From the NCBI RefSeq assembly GCF_003018235.1, contig NZ_CP027437.1: a DNA stretch of 64,000 nt, one strand, 5' to 3'. A model generated the notes under the pieces. That model was given only the letters and a program-made list of their open reading frames with translations, was not told the DNA's origin and made no database searches. Shown here piece by piece: positions 49,045-62,070 of this stretch (positions are counted from its first letter, which is position 1; each line of letters opens with the position of its first letter). The position numbers were made by a program, and so were the translations under genes. This DNA is from Escherichia coli (lineage in GTDB: Bacteria > Pseudomonadota > Gammaproteobacteria > Enterobacterales > Enterobacteriaceae).

Positions 49045-50826
49045 TTATTCATAGTGCATGAAGCAGGTTTCAGTCGGTGCATCCACTGCGTTATCGGCGA
49101 TATCTTCAAATTCCATGACATTATCCAGTTCGCTGCCCATCGAAATATTGGTCACACGCTCGAGAATAACTTCCACGACTACCGGTACCCGATATTGCGC
49201 CATTAAGGCTTTCGCCTGTTCAAAGGCTGGTGCTATATCTTCCGGTTTGAAAACGCGAATCGCTTTACAACCTAAACCTTCCGCTACTTTTACGTGGTCG
49301 ACGCCGTAACCGTTCACTTCGCTGGAGTTAATATTTTCGAACGCGAGCTGTACGCAGTAATCCATATCAAACGCGCGCTGCGACTGGCGAATCAGACCCA
49401 GATAGGCGTTATTGACCAGTACATGGATGTACGGAATGTTGAACTGTGCGCCAACGGCTAATTCTTCAATCAGGAACTGGAAGTCGAAGTCACCGGAAAT
49501 CGCCACCACATTGCGCTCTGGATCAGCGGCACACACGCCCAGCGCCGCCGGAATGGTCCAGCCCAACGGGCCTGCCTGCCCACAGTTGATCCAGTGGCGG
49601 TCTTTAAAGACATGCAGCATTTGTGCCGCAGCGATTTGTGACAGACCAATGGTGGTGACATAACAAACATCGCGACCAAAGGCTTTGTTCATCTCTTCAT
49701 ACACGCGCTGCGGTTTCACCGGCACGTTGTCGAAGTGGGTTTTGCGCAGCAAAGTGCGTTTGCGCTGCTGGCAGTCGGCGACCCATTCTTTACGACACGG
49801 CAGACGACCCGCTTTTTGCATCTCCTGCGCCACTTCAACCAGCAGTGTCAGCGCCGCTTTAGCATCAGAGACAATGCCGAGATCCGGACACAGCACGCGG
49901 CCAATTTGCGTCGGCTCAATATCGATATGAACGATTTTGCGCCCTTCGGTGTATTTCTCTACCGAACCGGTATGACGGTTAGCAAAACGGTTACCGATAC
50001 CAAACACCATGTCGGACGCCAGCAACGTTGCGTTACCGTAACGATGCGCGGTTTGCAGACCCACCATCCCGGCCATCAGTTCATGATCGTCCGGGATACA
50101 GCCCCAGCCCATCAGCGTTGGGATCACCGGAACGCTGGTAAGTTCAGCAAACTGTTGTAACAGTGCAGCTGCGTCAGCATTAATTACCCCGCCCCCGGCA
50201 ACAATCACCGGACGTTCGGCCTGGATTAACATTTCTACCGCTTTTTCGATCTGCATACGGCTGGCAGCAGGTTTGTAGACCGGCAGCGGTTCGTACATGT
50301 CAGGATCAAACTCGATTTCCGCAACCTGAACGTCGAACGGTAAATCCACCAGTACCGGCCCCGGACGACCAGAACGCATCAGGTGAAATGCCTGTTGCAG
50401 CACGCGAGGCACCAGCGCCGCTTCACGAACTGTAACCGCCATTTTGCTGACCGGTTTAGCAATTGCTTCAATATCAACGGCCTGGAAATCTTCTTTATGC
50501 AGACGGGCGCGCGGAGCCTGGCCGGTAATACACAGAATAGGAATGGAATCAGCAGAAGCGGAATAGAGCGCGGTGATCATGTCCGTGCCTGCAGGACCGG
50601 AAGTCCCCAGACATACGCCGATATTCCCTGCCGTTGCGCGGGTATAACCTTCCGCCATGTGCGAAGCACCTTCCACATGACGCGCCAGAATGTGACGAAT
50701 ACCGCCGTGCTTACGCATCGCTGAGTAGAACGGATTGATTGCAGCTCCCGGAACGCCGAAGGCGGTGGTGATACCTTCTTTCTCCAGCACATACATTGCC
50801 GCGTCAACGGCTCTCATTTTTGCCAT
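49045..50826 (-). CDS. gcl: Glyoxylate carboligase
   Basis: The 593-aa form [42 protein letters not shown]. ThDP enzyme. Confidence 0.97.
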   Translation of the reverse strand: MAKMRAVDAAMYVLEKEGITTAFGVPGAAINPFYSAMRKHGGIRHILARHVEGASHMAEGYTRATAGNIGVCLGTSGPAGTDMITALYSASADSIPILCITGQAPRARLHKEDFQAVDIEAIAKPVSKMAVTVREAALVPRVLQQAFHLMRSGRPGPVLVDLPFDVQVAEIEFDPDMYEPLPVYKPAASRMQIEKAVEMLIQAERPVIVAGGGVINADAAALLQQFAELTSVPVIPTLMGWGCIPDDHELMAGMVGLQTAHRYGNATLLASDMVFGIGNRFANRHTGSVEKYTEGRKIVHIDIEPTQIGRVLCPDLGIVSDAKAALTLLVEVAQEMQKAGRLPCRKEWVADCQQRKRTLLRKTHFDNVPVKPQRVYEEMNKAFGRDVCYVTTIGLSQIAAAQMLHVFKDRHWINCGQAGPLGWTIPAALGVCAADPERNVVAISGDFDFQFLIEELAVGAQFNIPYIHVLVNNAYLGLIRQSQRAFDMDYCVQLAFENINSSEVNGYGVDHVKVAEGLGCKAIRVFKPEDIAPAFEQAKALMAQYRVPVVVEVILERVTNISMGSELDNVMEFEDIADNAVDAPTETCFMHYE

Positions 50827-50846
50827 TTTATTCCTACCTCTATTAA

Positions 50847-50863
50847 TTGGAAAAATTTTCCAA
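50847..50863. promoter_or_regulatory. AllR operator in the gcl promoter
   Basis: Perfect palindrome TTGGAAAAATTTTCCAA, 21 nt upstream of the gcl start. Confidence 0.7.
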
Positions 50864-50915
50864 CTTTCAAATTTTGTCAAAAAAACCCGCTCCGCAGAGC
50901 GGGATGCGACAGACA

Positions 50916-51731
50916 CTATGGATGTGCTTTCAGTCCCAACGCCGTGCTGATATCGCGGGCGGTGTCTCTGACCAGCTCACCCTGACTGACAAAACGATCT
51001 TCTGTCAGTCTTGATGAAGGCCCGGAGATGGAGATAGCGGCAACAACACTACCTACATCATCGTAAATTGCTGAAGCTATACAATTCAGGCCTACAACAT
51101 GCTCTTCTTTATCTACGGTATAGCCCAGTTCACGCGCTTGTTCCAGGTCCTTCAGCAAGGTGGGCATATCCACAAGCGTCGTTGGCGTAAACTGCTGCAA
51201 ACCGGTTTGCAGAATGATGCTCATCAACTCCTCTTCCGCCAGCGGATAAAGCAGCGCCTTGCCCGCACCAGAAGCATGCAGCGGCAGACGACTGCCCAGC
51301 GGCGCACACATCCTGACCATCGATTTACACTCTAACTGACCAATTAATACTGCTTCATTGCCGTTACGAATCGCGACATTGACCGTTTCGCCGGAAAGTA
51401 ACATCAGGCGGCGCATAAACGGCCCGGCTACGGAGAGGACATCGCGGTTATGGATGTACGCCGCACCGACGTTAAAGACACCTAATCCTATATGCCACCA
51501 GCCTAACTGACTGTCCTGATAGACAAAATCCGCTGCCTGTAAAACCTTCAGCAAGCGAAAGGTCGTGGAGAGCGGCAAATCCAGATTGAGAGAAATATCG
51601 CTAACCGATGAACTTCCCCCACTTTTTTCCAGATATTGCAGAATCGCAATTCCCCGCTCTAACGCCTGTGCGCCCTTCTGTGCCACAGGCTCCGCCTGTC
51701 CTGGCCTGCCGCGCCGTCTAACTTCCGTCAT
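50916..51731 (-). CDS. allR: Allantoin regulon repressor AllR (IclR family)
   Basis: 271 aa, [47 protein letters not shown]. Confidence 0.95.
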
Positions 51732-51808
51732 ACCTACGTTAACTCCGACCTACAAGTGAGCATAAACAATGAACAATTAGTTTATCTTATGCAAGTCGGT
51801 TGCAGGCG

Positions 51809-52291
51809 TCACGCAAAACAGAGTTCCTGTTCAGGAATACTTTCAACATCACAGTTGTCACTGCCGCCGCGATCGATGGTCAGAAAATCGGTGACGCGCT
51901 GCCAGGCGAAAAGTGGGTGATGCCAGACGTTACGATGGTAATTCACCCCCTGTTCACCGTTGGTGATAAACGCCCGCAGCGTTGACAGGTCTGGTTTGTC
52001 GTCACCTAACGCCACGACCACCACAAACACTTCACCTTTCATCGGGATAAAGGCCTGAGTGCCCAGCGGATGACGTTCGAGTTCGTGAATGGTCAGCGGC
52101 AGATTCGCCGGTTGCGCGCGGTTAATGCTGATGAGCGTACGGTCTTGCTCAAGAATCTCAACCAGCGCCAAATCGTGGTAACGCTCTACCAGACCATTGT
52201 TAATATGGAAAAAATCCCGTTGCTGCGTTTCGATTACATCGCCATAAGCACTAAAGGCTTCCTGACTTAACGGTAATACCTGAAGTTTCAT
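51809..52291 (-). CDS. allA: Ureidoglycolate lyase
   Basis: 160 aa, [42 protein letters not shown]. Confidence 0.95.
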
Positions 52292-52396
52292 CTTTTTGTC
52301 CTTGTAACATAATTCCGTTCAACCACCGCCGACCGGTCAGCTTGGTTTCAATAACAGGCAATCTAAAACCTTAAGAGAACAACATCAACACAAAAG

Positions 52397-52413
52397 TTGG
52401 AATATTTTTCCAA
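52397..52413. promoter_or_regulatory. AllR operator in the allA-allS intergenic region
   Basis: TTGGAATATTTTTCCAA, the same half-sites as the gcl operator. Confidence 0.65.
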
Positions 52414-52520
52414 AACTAGATTTAGTCCACAAATTGAACAGGGTTATCATGTAAAAATACTGATAAATCAGAGGATAAGAAAATCACGCAACTTGCGGAT
52501 TTAAAAGGGGATACCTGAAG

Positions 52521-53447
52521 ATGTTCGATCCAGAAACCTTGCGGACTTTCATTGCGGTTGCTGAAACAGGAAGTTTTTCAAAAGCGGCAGAACGATTATG
52601 TAAAACCACGGCGACAATCAGTTATCGCATTAAACTTCTGGAAGAGAATACCGGAGTAGCGCTGTTTTTCCGCACGACTCGCAGCGTGACATTGACAGCG
52701 GCTGGCGAGCATCTACTTTCCCAGGCCAGAGACTGGCTGAGCTGGCTGGAAAGTATGCCCAGCGAGCTGCAACAGGTGAATGATGGCGTGGAACGCCAGG
52801 TGAATATTGTCATCAACAACCTGCTCTACAACCCCCAGGCCGTCGCCCAGTTGCTGGCGTGGCTGAATGAACGTTACCCCTTTACCCAGTTTCACATCTC
52901 CCGACAAATCTATATGGGCGTCTGGGATTCGCTATTATACGAAGGTTTTTCACTGGCTATCGGCGTCACGGGAACCGAGGCGCTGGCAAATACCTTTAGT
53001 CTTGATCCCTTAGGATCGGTGCAATGGCGCTTTGTCATGGCGGCGGATCATCCGCTGGCGAACGTTGAAGAGCCGCTAACAGAAGCGCAGTTGCGGCGCT
53101 TTCCGGCGGTCAATATTGAAGACAGCGCCCGCACACTAACCAAACGCGTCGCCTGGCGATTGCCGGGGCAAAAAGAGATTATTGTTCCCGATATGGAAAC
53201 GAAAATCGCCGCCCATCTGGCGGGCGTTGGCATTGGTTTTTTGCCAAAATCACTTTGCCAGTCAATGATCGATAATCAACAACTGGTCAGCCGGGTAATC
53301 CCAACGATGCGCCCTCCTTCGCCATTGAGTCTGGCATGGCGCAAATTTGGCAGCGGCAAAGCGGTAGAAGATATTGTGACCTTGTTTACCCAGCGCAGGC
53401 CAGAAATCAGCGGATTTTTAGAAATTTTCGGCAACCCACGCAGTTAA
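52521..53447 (+). CDS. allS: LysR-type activator AllS
   Basis: 308 aa, [42 protein letters not shown]. Confidence 0.95.
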
Positions 53448-53500
53448 AAATCAAGTTTCCTTGCGCGTTGGCGCGTAAAATAGCGCGCAAGCTGATTTGA

Positions 53501-54610
<1,110 letters not shown>

Positions 54611-54671
54611 TGGGCGGTATTCTGAAACGGCGATTGTCGTGAGAACAGAATGGTTGCACCAGAATACAGAT

Positions 54672-54762
54672 ATAAAAAAACCGACATGACAGTCGGTTTT
54701 TTTATTTTTTCCGCCCAAGACTTGGTGGTTCCGGGCAGAAATGAAACAGTCCTCATCTAGCA
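54672..54762 (-). ncRNA. Candidate ~90-nt antisense (antitoxin) sRNA of a type I toxin-antitoxin pair
   Basis: A near-consensus promoter lies just upstream and the terminator at 54674-54710 downstream. Its 5' end (TGCTAGATGAGGACTG) is complementary to 54933-54948 in the toxin 5' UTR. Confidence 0.45.
54674..54710. terminator. Bidirectional rho-independent terminator (selU on plus; candidate sRNA on minus)
   Basis: AAAAAAACCGAC-atgaca-GTCGGTTTTTTTATTTTTT, with A-tract and T-tract flanks. Confidence 0.75.
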
Positions 54763-54767
54763 AGTGA

Positions 54768-54796
54768 ATTATAAGTCAGGATGCCTACATATTCAA
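54768..54796 (-). promoter_or_regulatory. Near-consensus sigma70 promoter for the candidate sRNA
   Basis: Minus strand: TTGAAT (54796-91), 17 nt, TATAAT (54773-68). Confidence 0.55.
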
Positions 54797-55021
54797 ACAG
54801 CTATGTTGGCGATACAATCCCGACGCTAGTAGTGATACTGCCTCAAGGGATTACCGCAGTGCGGAAAAGTACTTTTAAGTCCTGGTCAGGATACAGGTGG
54901 TGCTGATTCTGGTGCTCTAATTTGGAGAGAGGCAGTCCTCATCTAGCACATGAAGAAAATCATAGTTACAGGCAACGTAAGGGTAAGCTGTGATTGTCTT
55001 TCTCCCTTAAGGGAGCAACGG

Positions 55022-55105
55022 ATGAAAACTTTTCTCGATAAAGTTCTCATCGTTCTTAAGGCGCTAATCGCGCTGCTGGAACTGATTCGTCAGTTTATTG
55101 AATAA
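55022..55105 (+). CDS. DinQ-like 27-aa hydrophobic type I toxin candidate
   Basis: MKTFLDKVLIVLKALIALLELIRQFIE. The core DKVLIVLKALIALLELIR compares with recalled DinQ DKAIIVLGALIALLELIR. The SD GGGAG is buried in the palindrome CTCCCTTAAGGGAG (55002-15). Confidence 0.6.
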   Translation: MKTFLDKVLIVLKALIALLELIRQFIE

Positions 55106-55121
55106 CTGAGGAAACGTAGCT

Positions 55122-55152
55122 AAGGCCGAAGGTTTACCACCTTCGGCCTTTA
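55122..55152 (+). terminator. Terminator of the toxin transcript
   Basis: AAGGCCGAAGG-tttacca-CCTTCGGCCTT, an 11-bp stem with a short T-tract. Confidence 0.55.
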
Positions 55153-55208
55153 AAAAAACCGACATGACAGTTGGTTTCATATTTATTGCCAAAATGCATA
55201 CTGTTCAT

Positions 55209-55241
55209 GCCAGATGCGGCGTAAACGCCTTATCCGGCCTA
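55209..55241. repeat. REP element (partner of the REP split off by IS621)
   Basis: GCCAGATGCGGCGTAAACGCCTTATCCGGCCTAC. Confidence 0.7.
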
Positions 55242-55277
55242 CACAATCTTGCAAAATCAATATATTGCACGCTCTTC

Positions 55278-56586
<1,309 letters not shown>

Positions 56587-56602
56587 AATCTAACACCTGT
56601 CA

Positions 56603-59017
56603 TCATCCCGCAAACTGCCTGAACAGCGCCTTACCCTTAACCAGTCGCGCACCCAGCCAGCCGCCGAAAAGCGACAGCAGCAGCGCACCGCTGCACGGCA
56701 GAACAATCCACAATCGCCAGTCTGGCTCCCACGGGAAATCAAACACTTTCGCCTGCAACACTGCCAGCGCCGTTTCCGCACCAATTGCGGCCACCAGGCC
56801 AGAAACAAACCCGAGCATGGCGAATTCACACCACAACGTGGTGTGCAGCAGTTTTTTCCCCGCACCGAGTGTGCGCCACACCACCAGCTCCTGATGACGC
56901 TGACGCATTCCCACCTGCACCTGTGCCAGCAACAGCAACATACCGCAGGCAGTGACCAGCACCACCATCACCTCCAGCGCCCGACTTACCTGCTCCAGCA
57001 CCTGACCGACCTGTTTTAAAATCGCGCCAATGTCTAACAGGCTAATGGTCGGGAACTGGCGGTTGAGTTGCGTCAACATGCCATTGCCATTCTCCCAGCG
57101 GAAACTGGTAAGCCAGCTCTGCGGTTGCCCGTCTAATGCCCCTTCCGGGAAAATAAAATAGAAATTAGGCCGCAGACTTTCCCAGTCCACTTTGCGCAGG
57201 CTGGTCACTTTAGCGCGGAACTCCTGGGTATCGCCCATAAAGGTGACTGTATCGCCGAGGCCAACGTTTAAGCGTTTCGCCAGCCCCTCTTCCATCGACA
57301 CTTCATCGGCTTTTGGCGGCCAGTTACCGGCGACAATCGGATTATGATCGGGCCGCGTATTTTGCCAGGTAAGATTAAGTTCGCGATTGAGCGCCTCATC
57401 TTCATTGCCTTCTGTCGGCTTGCCGTTAATCGCCGTCAGTCTCGCCCGCACCACCGGATAAAATGATTCCGGGACTATCTGATGTTCCGCGAGGAACGCT
57501 TTTAGCGGTGCTACCTGTTCTGTGGCGATGTTGATTAAAAAGTAGTTCGGGCTTTCTGGCGGTAGCTGCTGTTGCCAGCGGTCGAGCAGATCGCCACGCA
57601 ATACCAGCAACAGCGCCAGCAGCATAAAGGAGAGCGAAAATGCCGAAAGCTGGCTTAACGTTGACCACGGCTGACGTAACAGGCGGCTAACCGCCAGGCG
57701 CAGAGGCAGCGATTTCAGCGTCATGCGGCGAAGTACATTCAGCAGCATCCAGCCCAGCACACCGCACAGCAAAGCCAGTACTACCGCGCCCGCCAGCACC
57801 GCCCAAAGCAGCATGCTGCCACCCATTAATCCGGCGAGCAGCACCACAACCACCACACTGACAATCGGCAGATAAAACTTCAGCGGCCAGACGTTCGCTA
57901 CCACATCATTACGTAATACGCGTAAAGGCTGCGTTGCCAGCAACAAGCGGTATGGTCGTAGCCCCACCAGCAGCGAGATAACCGTCATGGTGCCCAGCGC
58001 CCATAGCCACGGCCAGAGGCTGGCTGGCGGTAGTGCAGCAGGCAGAACGGGCTTGAGCAGCACCATCAACACGTTTTCGAACAACAGGCCTATCGCCCCG
58101 CCGGTAACGGCTGAAAGCGCCAGCACCATCAACCACTGACCGACGATTAGCTTACGCAGTTGCGCTCGCCCTGCCCCCAGCGTTTTGAGGATCGCCACCA
58201 GATCGTAGCGACTGCGACAGTAATGATTCATCGCCACCGCCACCGCTGCCACTGCCAGCAGCAAGGTCAGAAGCGCCGAAAGCAGCAGGAACTGTTGCGA
58301 GCGTTCCATCGAGCGCCCCAGCGCGCCTTCGTCCTGTTCCAGACCGTACCAGCGTTGTTCGGGTTTAAGCTGGGGTAACAACCATTTCTCATAGCCGTCG
58401 AGCTGGTTCTCGTTGCCGCCGAATTTATAGCGCCAGGTGACCCGACTTCCCGGCTGCACGGCTCCGGTTTTATCGACATCCGCCAGATTCATCATCAGAC
58501 GCGGAGCCATCTGGAAGGGGTTAAAACCGGAATCCGGTTCCTGAATCACTTCTCCGGCAATCCGCAAGGTGGCATCACCCACGTCGATGGTGTCGCCTGT
58601 TTTCAGGTTAAGCAGTGCCATCAGGCGTGGGGCCAGCAATACGCTGCCCGCCTGCGGTTTCAGGCCAGGGGGATTAGTTTGCAGATCGCCATACATCGGG
58701 TAGATATCATCCACCGCTTTGACGTTCGCCAGCTGCGGTGTGTCGCCTGCAAATGTCATGGTGGCGAAAGTCAGCTGCTTGCCGACTTTCAGGCCGCGCT
58801 TTTGCGCTTCCTCCAGCCACGCTTGCGGCACTTCGCGCGAACTGCGCAACGCCCGATCGCCCGCCATAAACTCCCGGCTTTGCTGGCTTAAGCCCTTCTC
58901 CATGCGATCGCTGATATTGCCCAGCGCCAGCACGCAGGCCACCGCCAGGCTTAGCGCCAGCCAGACAATTAATAGCGACGGCGAGCGCCATTCGCGCCAG
59001 AACCAACGTGCAATCAT
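56603..59017 (-). CDS. ybbP: ABC transporter permease (FtsX-like) YbbP
   Basis: 804 aa, MIARWFWREWRSPSLLIVWLALSLAVACVLALGNISDRMEKG. Confidence 0.95.
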   Translation of the reverse strand: MIARWFWREWRSPSLLIVWLALSLAVACVLALGNISDRMEKGLSQQSREFMAGDRALRSSREVPQAWLEEAQKRGLKVGKQLTFATMTFAGDTPQLANVKAVDDIYPMYGDLQTNPPGLKPQAGSVLLAPRLMALLNLKTGDTIDVGDATLRIAGEVIQEPDSGFNPFQMAPRLMMNLADVDKTGAVQPGSRVTWRYKFGGNENQLDGYEKWLLPQLKPEQRWYGLEQDEGALGRSMERSQQFLLLSALLTLLLAVAAVAVAMNHYCRSRYDLVAILKTLGAGRAQLRKLIVGQWLMVLALSAVTGGAIGLLFENVLMVLLKPVLPAALPPASLWPWLWALGTMTVISLLVGLRPYRLLLATQPLRVLRNDVVANVWPLKFYLPIVSVVVVVLLAGLMGGSMLLWAVLAGAVVLALLCGVLGWMLLNVLRRMTLKSLPLRLAVSRLLRQPWSTLSQLSAFSLSFMLLALLLVLRGDLLDRWQQQLPPESPNYFLINIATEQVAPLKAFLAEHQIVPESFYPVVRARLTAINGKPTEGNEDEALNRELNLTWQNTRPDHNPIVAGNWPPKADEVSMEEGLAKRLNVGLGDTVTFMGDTQEFRAKVTSLRKVDWESLRPNFYFIFPEGALDGQPQSWLTSFRWENGNGMLTQLNRQFPTISLLDIGAILKQVGQVLEQVSRALEVMVVLVTACGMLLLLAQVQVGMRQRHQELVVWRTLGAGKKLLHTTLWCEFAMLGFVSGLVAAIGAETALAVLQAKVFDFPWEPDWRLWIVLPCSGALLLSLFGGWLGARLVKGKALFRQFAG

Positions 59018-59700
59018 GCTTCCTCCTGCAACTGCCCGTTCATCAGCCGTAAGCAGCGGTCGCAGCGTGCCGCCAGTTGCAGGTCGTGGGTCACCATAAT
59101 CAACGTGGTGCCATGTTCACGGTTGAGGGAAAACAGCAGGTCGGCAATTTTATCGCCCGTCTGGCGGTCAAGGTTGCCGGTGGGTTCGTCGGCAAACAGC
59201 ACATCAGGCCGACCATTAAAGGCTCGCGCCAGCGCCACTCGTTGCTGTTCGCCGCCGGAAAGCTGTGCCGGAAGATGATCAAGACGTTTACCCAGCCCTA
59301 ACTGTTCGAGCAACGCTTTCGCTCCGTTACGACTTTCCGCGCTACTCTCACCGCGCAGCAGCGCCGGAAGCTCGACGTTTTCCAGCGCGTTAAGGGTAGG
59401 AATTAACATAAATGACTGAAAAACAAAGCCGACGTGCTTCGCGCGCAACTTTGCCCGCGCTTCTTCGTCCATATTATGTAGCGGTTGTCCCACCAGACTC
59501 ACTTCGCCACTGCTGCCGTCATCCAGCCCGGCGAGGATCGCCAGCAAGGTTGACTTACCCGATCCCGACTCGCCCACCAGTGCGATGGTCTCGCCACGTT
59601 TGACAACCAGCTCAACTCCGGTGAGGATGGAGAGTTCATGCTCCCCCTGACCGACGGACTTCTTAAGATGATGAACTTCAACAATGTTTTCCGCTGGCAT
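59014..59700 (-). CDS. ybbA: ABC transporter ATP-binding protein YbbA
   Basis: 228 aa with Walker A (GESGSGKST), the signature LSGGEQQR, and Walker B (LFADEPTG). Confidence 0.95.
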   Translation of the reverse strand: MPAENIVEVHHLKKSVGQGEHELSILTGVELVVKRGETIALVGESGSGKSTLLAILAGLDDGSSGEVSLVGQPLHNMDEEARAKLRAKHVGFVFQSFMLIPTLNALENVELPALLRGESSAESRNGAKALLEQLGLGKRLDHLPAQLSGGEQQRVALARAFNGRPDVLFADEPTGNLDRQTGDKIADLLFSLNREHGTTLIMVTHDLQLAARCDRCLRLMNGQLQEEA

Positions 59701-60294
59701 TTGCCCTTCCTGTTCCTGGTCCTGTTAACCTTCCGTGCCGCCGCAGCGGACACGTTATTGATTCTGGGTGATAGCCTGAGCGCCGGGTATCGAATGTCTG
59801 CCAGCGCGGCCTGGCCTGCCTTGTTGAATGATAAGTGGCAGAGTAAAACGTCGGTAGTCAATGCCAGCATCAGCGGCGACACCTCGCAACAAGGGCTGGC
59901 GCGCCTTCCGGCTCTGCTGAAACAGCATCAGCCGCGTTGGGTGCTGGTTGAACTGGGCGGCAATGACGGTTTGCGTGGTTTTCAGCCACAGCAAACCGAG
60001 CAAACGCTGCGCCAGATTTTGCAGGATGTCAAAGCCGCCAACGCTGAACCATTGTTAATGCAAATACGTCTGCCTGCAAACTATGGTCGCCGTTATAATG
60101 AAGCCTTTAGCGCCATTTACCCCAAACTCGCCAAAGAGTTTGATGTTCCGCTGCTGCCCTTTTTTATGGAAGAGGTCTACCTCAAGCCACAATGGATGCA
60201 GGATGACGGTATTCATCCCAACCGCGACGCCCAGCCGTTTATTGCCGACTGGATGGCGAAGCAGTTGCAGCCTTTAGTAAATCATGACTCATAA
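59668..60294 (+). CDS. tesA: Thioesterase I / protease I / lysophospholipase L1
   Basis: The 208-aa form MMNFNNVFRWHLPFLFLVLLTFRAAAADTLLILGDSLSAGY (SGNH GDS motif). Confidence 0.95.
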   Translation: MMNFNNVFRWHLPFLFLVLLTFRAAAADTLLILGDSLSAGYRMSASAAWPALLNDKWQSKTSVVNASISGDTSQQGLARLPALLKQHQPRWVLVELGGNDGLRGFQPQQTEQTLRQILQDVKAANAEPLLMQIRLPANYGRRYNEAFSAIYPKLAKEFDVPLLPFFMEEVYLKPQWMQDDGIHPNRDAQPFIADWMAKQLQPLVNHDS

Positions 60295-61093
60295 AGCAAC
60301 GGAGATCCTGACAGGTAAAGTTATGCAAAAATCGGTCTTAATTACCGGATGTTCCAGTGGAATTGGCCTGGAAAGCGCGCTCGAATTAAAACGCCAGGGT
60401 TTTCATGTGCTGGCAGGTTGCCGGAAACAGGATGATGTTGAGCGCATGAACAGCATGGGATTTACCGGCGTGTTGATCGATCTGGATTCACCAGAAAGTG
60501 TTGATCGCGCAGCCGACGAAGTGATCGCCCTGACCGATAATTGTCTGTATGGGATCTTTAACAATGCCGGATTCGGCATGTATGGCCCCCTTTCCACCAT
60601 CAGCCGTGCGCAGATGGAACAGCAGTTTTCCGCCAACTTTTTCGGCGCACACCAGCTCACCATGCGCCTGTTACCCGCGATGTTACCGCACGGTGAAGGA
60701 CGTATTGTGATGACCTCATCGGTGATGGGATTAATCTCCACGCCGGGTCGTGGCGCTTACGCGGCCAGTAAATATGCGCTGGAGGCGTGGTCAGACGCGC
60801 TGCGCATGGAGCTGCGCCACAGCGGAATAAAAGTCAGCCTGATCGAACCCGGTCCCATTCGTACTCGCTTCACCGACAACGTCAACCAGACGCAAAGTGA
60901 TAAACCAGTCGAAAATCCCGGCATCGCCGCTCGCTTTACGTTGGGGCCGGAAGCGGTGGTGGACAAAGTACGCCATGCTTTTATTAGCGAGAAGCCGAAG
61001 ATGCGCTATCCGGTAACGCTGGTGACCTGGGCAGTAATGGTGCTTAAGCGCCTGCTGCCGGGGCGCGTGATGGACAAAATATTGCAGGGGTGA
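60284..61093 (+). CDS. ybbO: NADP-dependent short-chain dehydrogenase/aldehyde reductase YbbO
   Basis: 269 aa with TGCSSGIG and YAASK motifs. The start could instead be the internal MQKSV. Confidence 0.9.
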   Translation: MTHKATEILTGKVMQKSVLITGCSSGIGLESALELKRQGFHVLAGCRKQDDVERMNSMGFTGVLIDLDSPESVDRAADEVIALTDNCLYGIFNNAGFGMYGPLSTISRAQMEQQFSANFFGAHQLTMRLLPAMLPHGEGRIVMTSSVMGLISTPGRGAYAASKYALEAWSDALRMELRHSGIKVSLIEPGPIRTRFTDNVNQTQSDKPVENPGIAARFTLGPEAVVDKVRHAFISEKPKMRYPVTLVTWAVMVLKRLLPGRVMDKILQG

Positions 61094-61111
61094 GTTGAAG
61101 CGCGCGCTTAA

Positions 61112-62008
<897 letters not shown>

Positions 62009-62038
62009 TTTTCCGTTGATCGGCACATGAACCACAAC

Positions 62039-62064
62039 GCCGGATGCGATGCTGCGCATCCGGC
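62039..62064. terminator. REP-like hairpin between convergent cnoX and fetB
   Basis: GCCGGATGCG-atgctg-CGCATCCGGC, a 10-bp stem. Confidence 0.55.
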
Positions 62065-62070
62065 ATCGCA

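Noticed and set aside
49045-50916. N-terminally extended versions of gcl (623 aa). Similar extensions occur for sfmF, sfmA, fimZ, O, emrE, ylbF, allB and purE.
   Set aside because: The extensions lack SD sequences and run into upstream regulatory DNA (for example the AllR operator). The shorter forms match the protein N-termini I recall.
54882-54896. CTG-N9-CAG (ctggtcaggatacag) upstream of the DinQ-like ORF, considered as a LexA box.
   Set aside because: LexA boxes are CTG-N10-CAG with an AT-rich centre. The spacing is off by one and the centre is wrong, so SOS control is not claimed.
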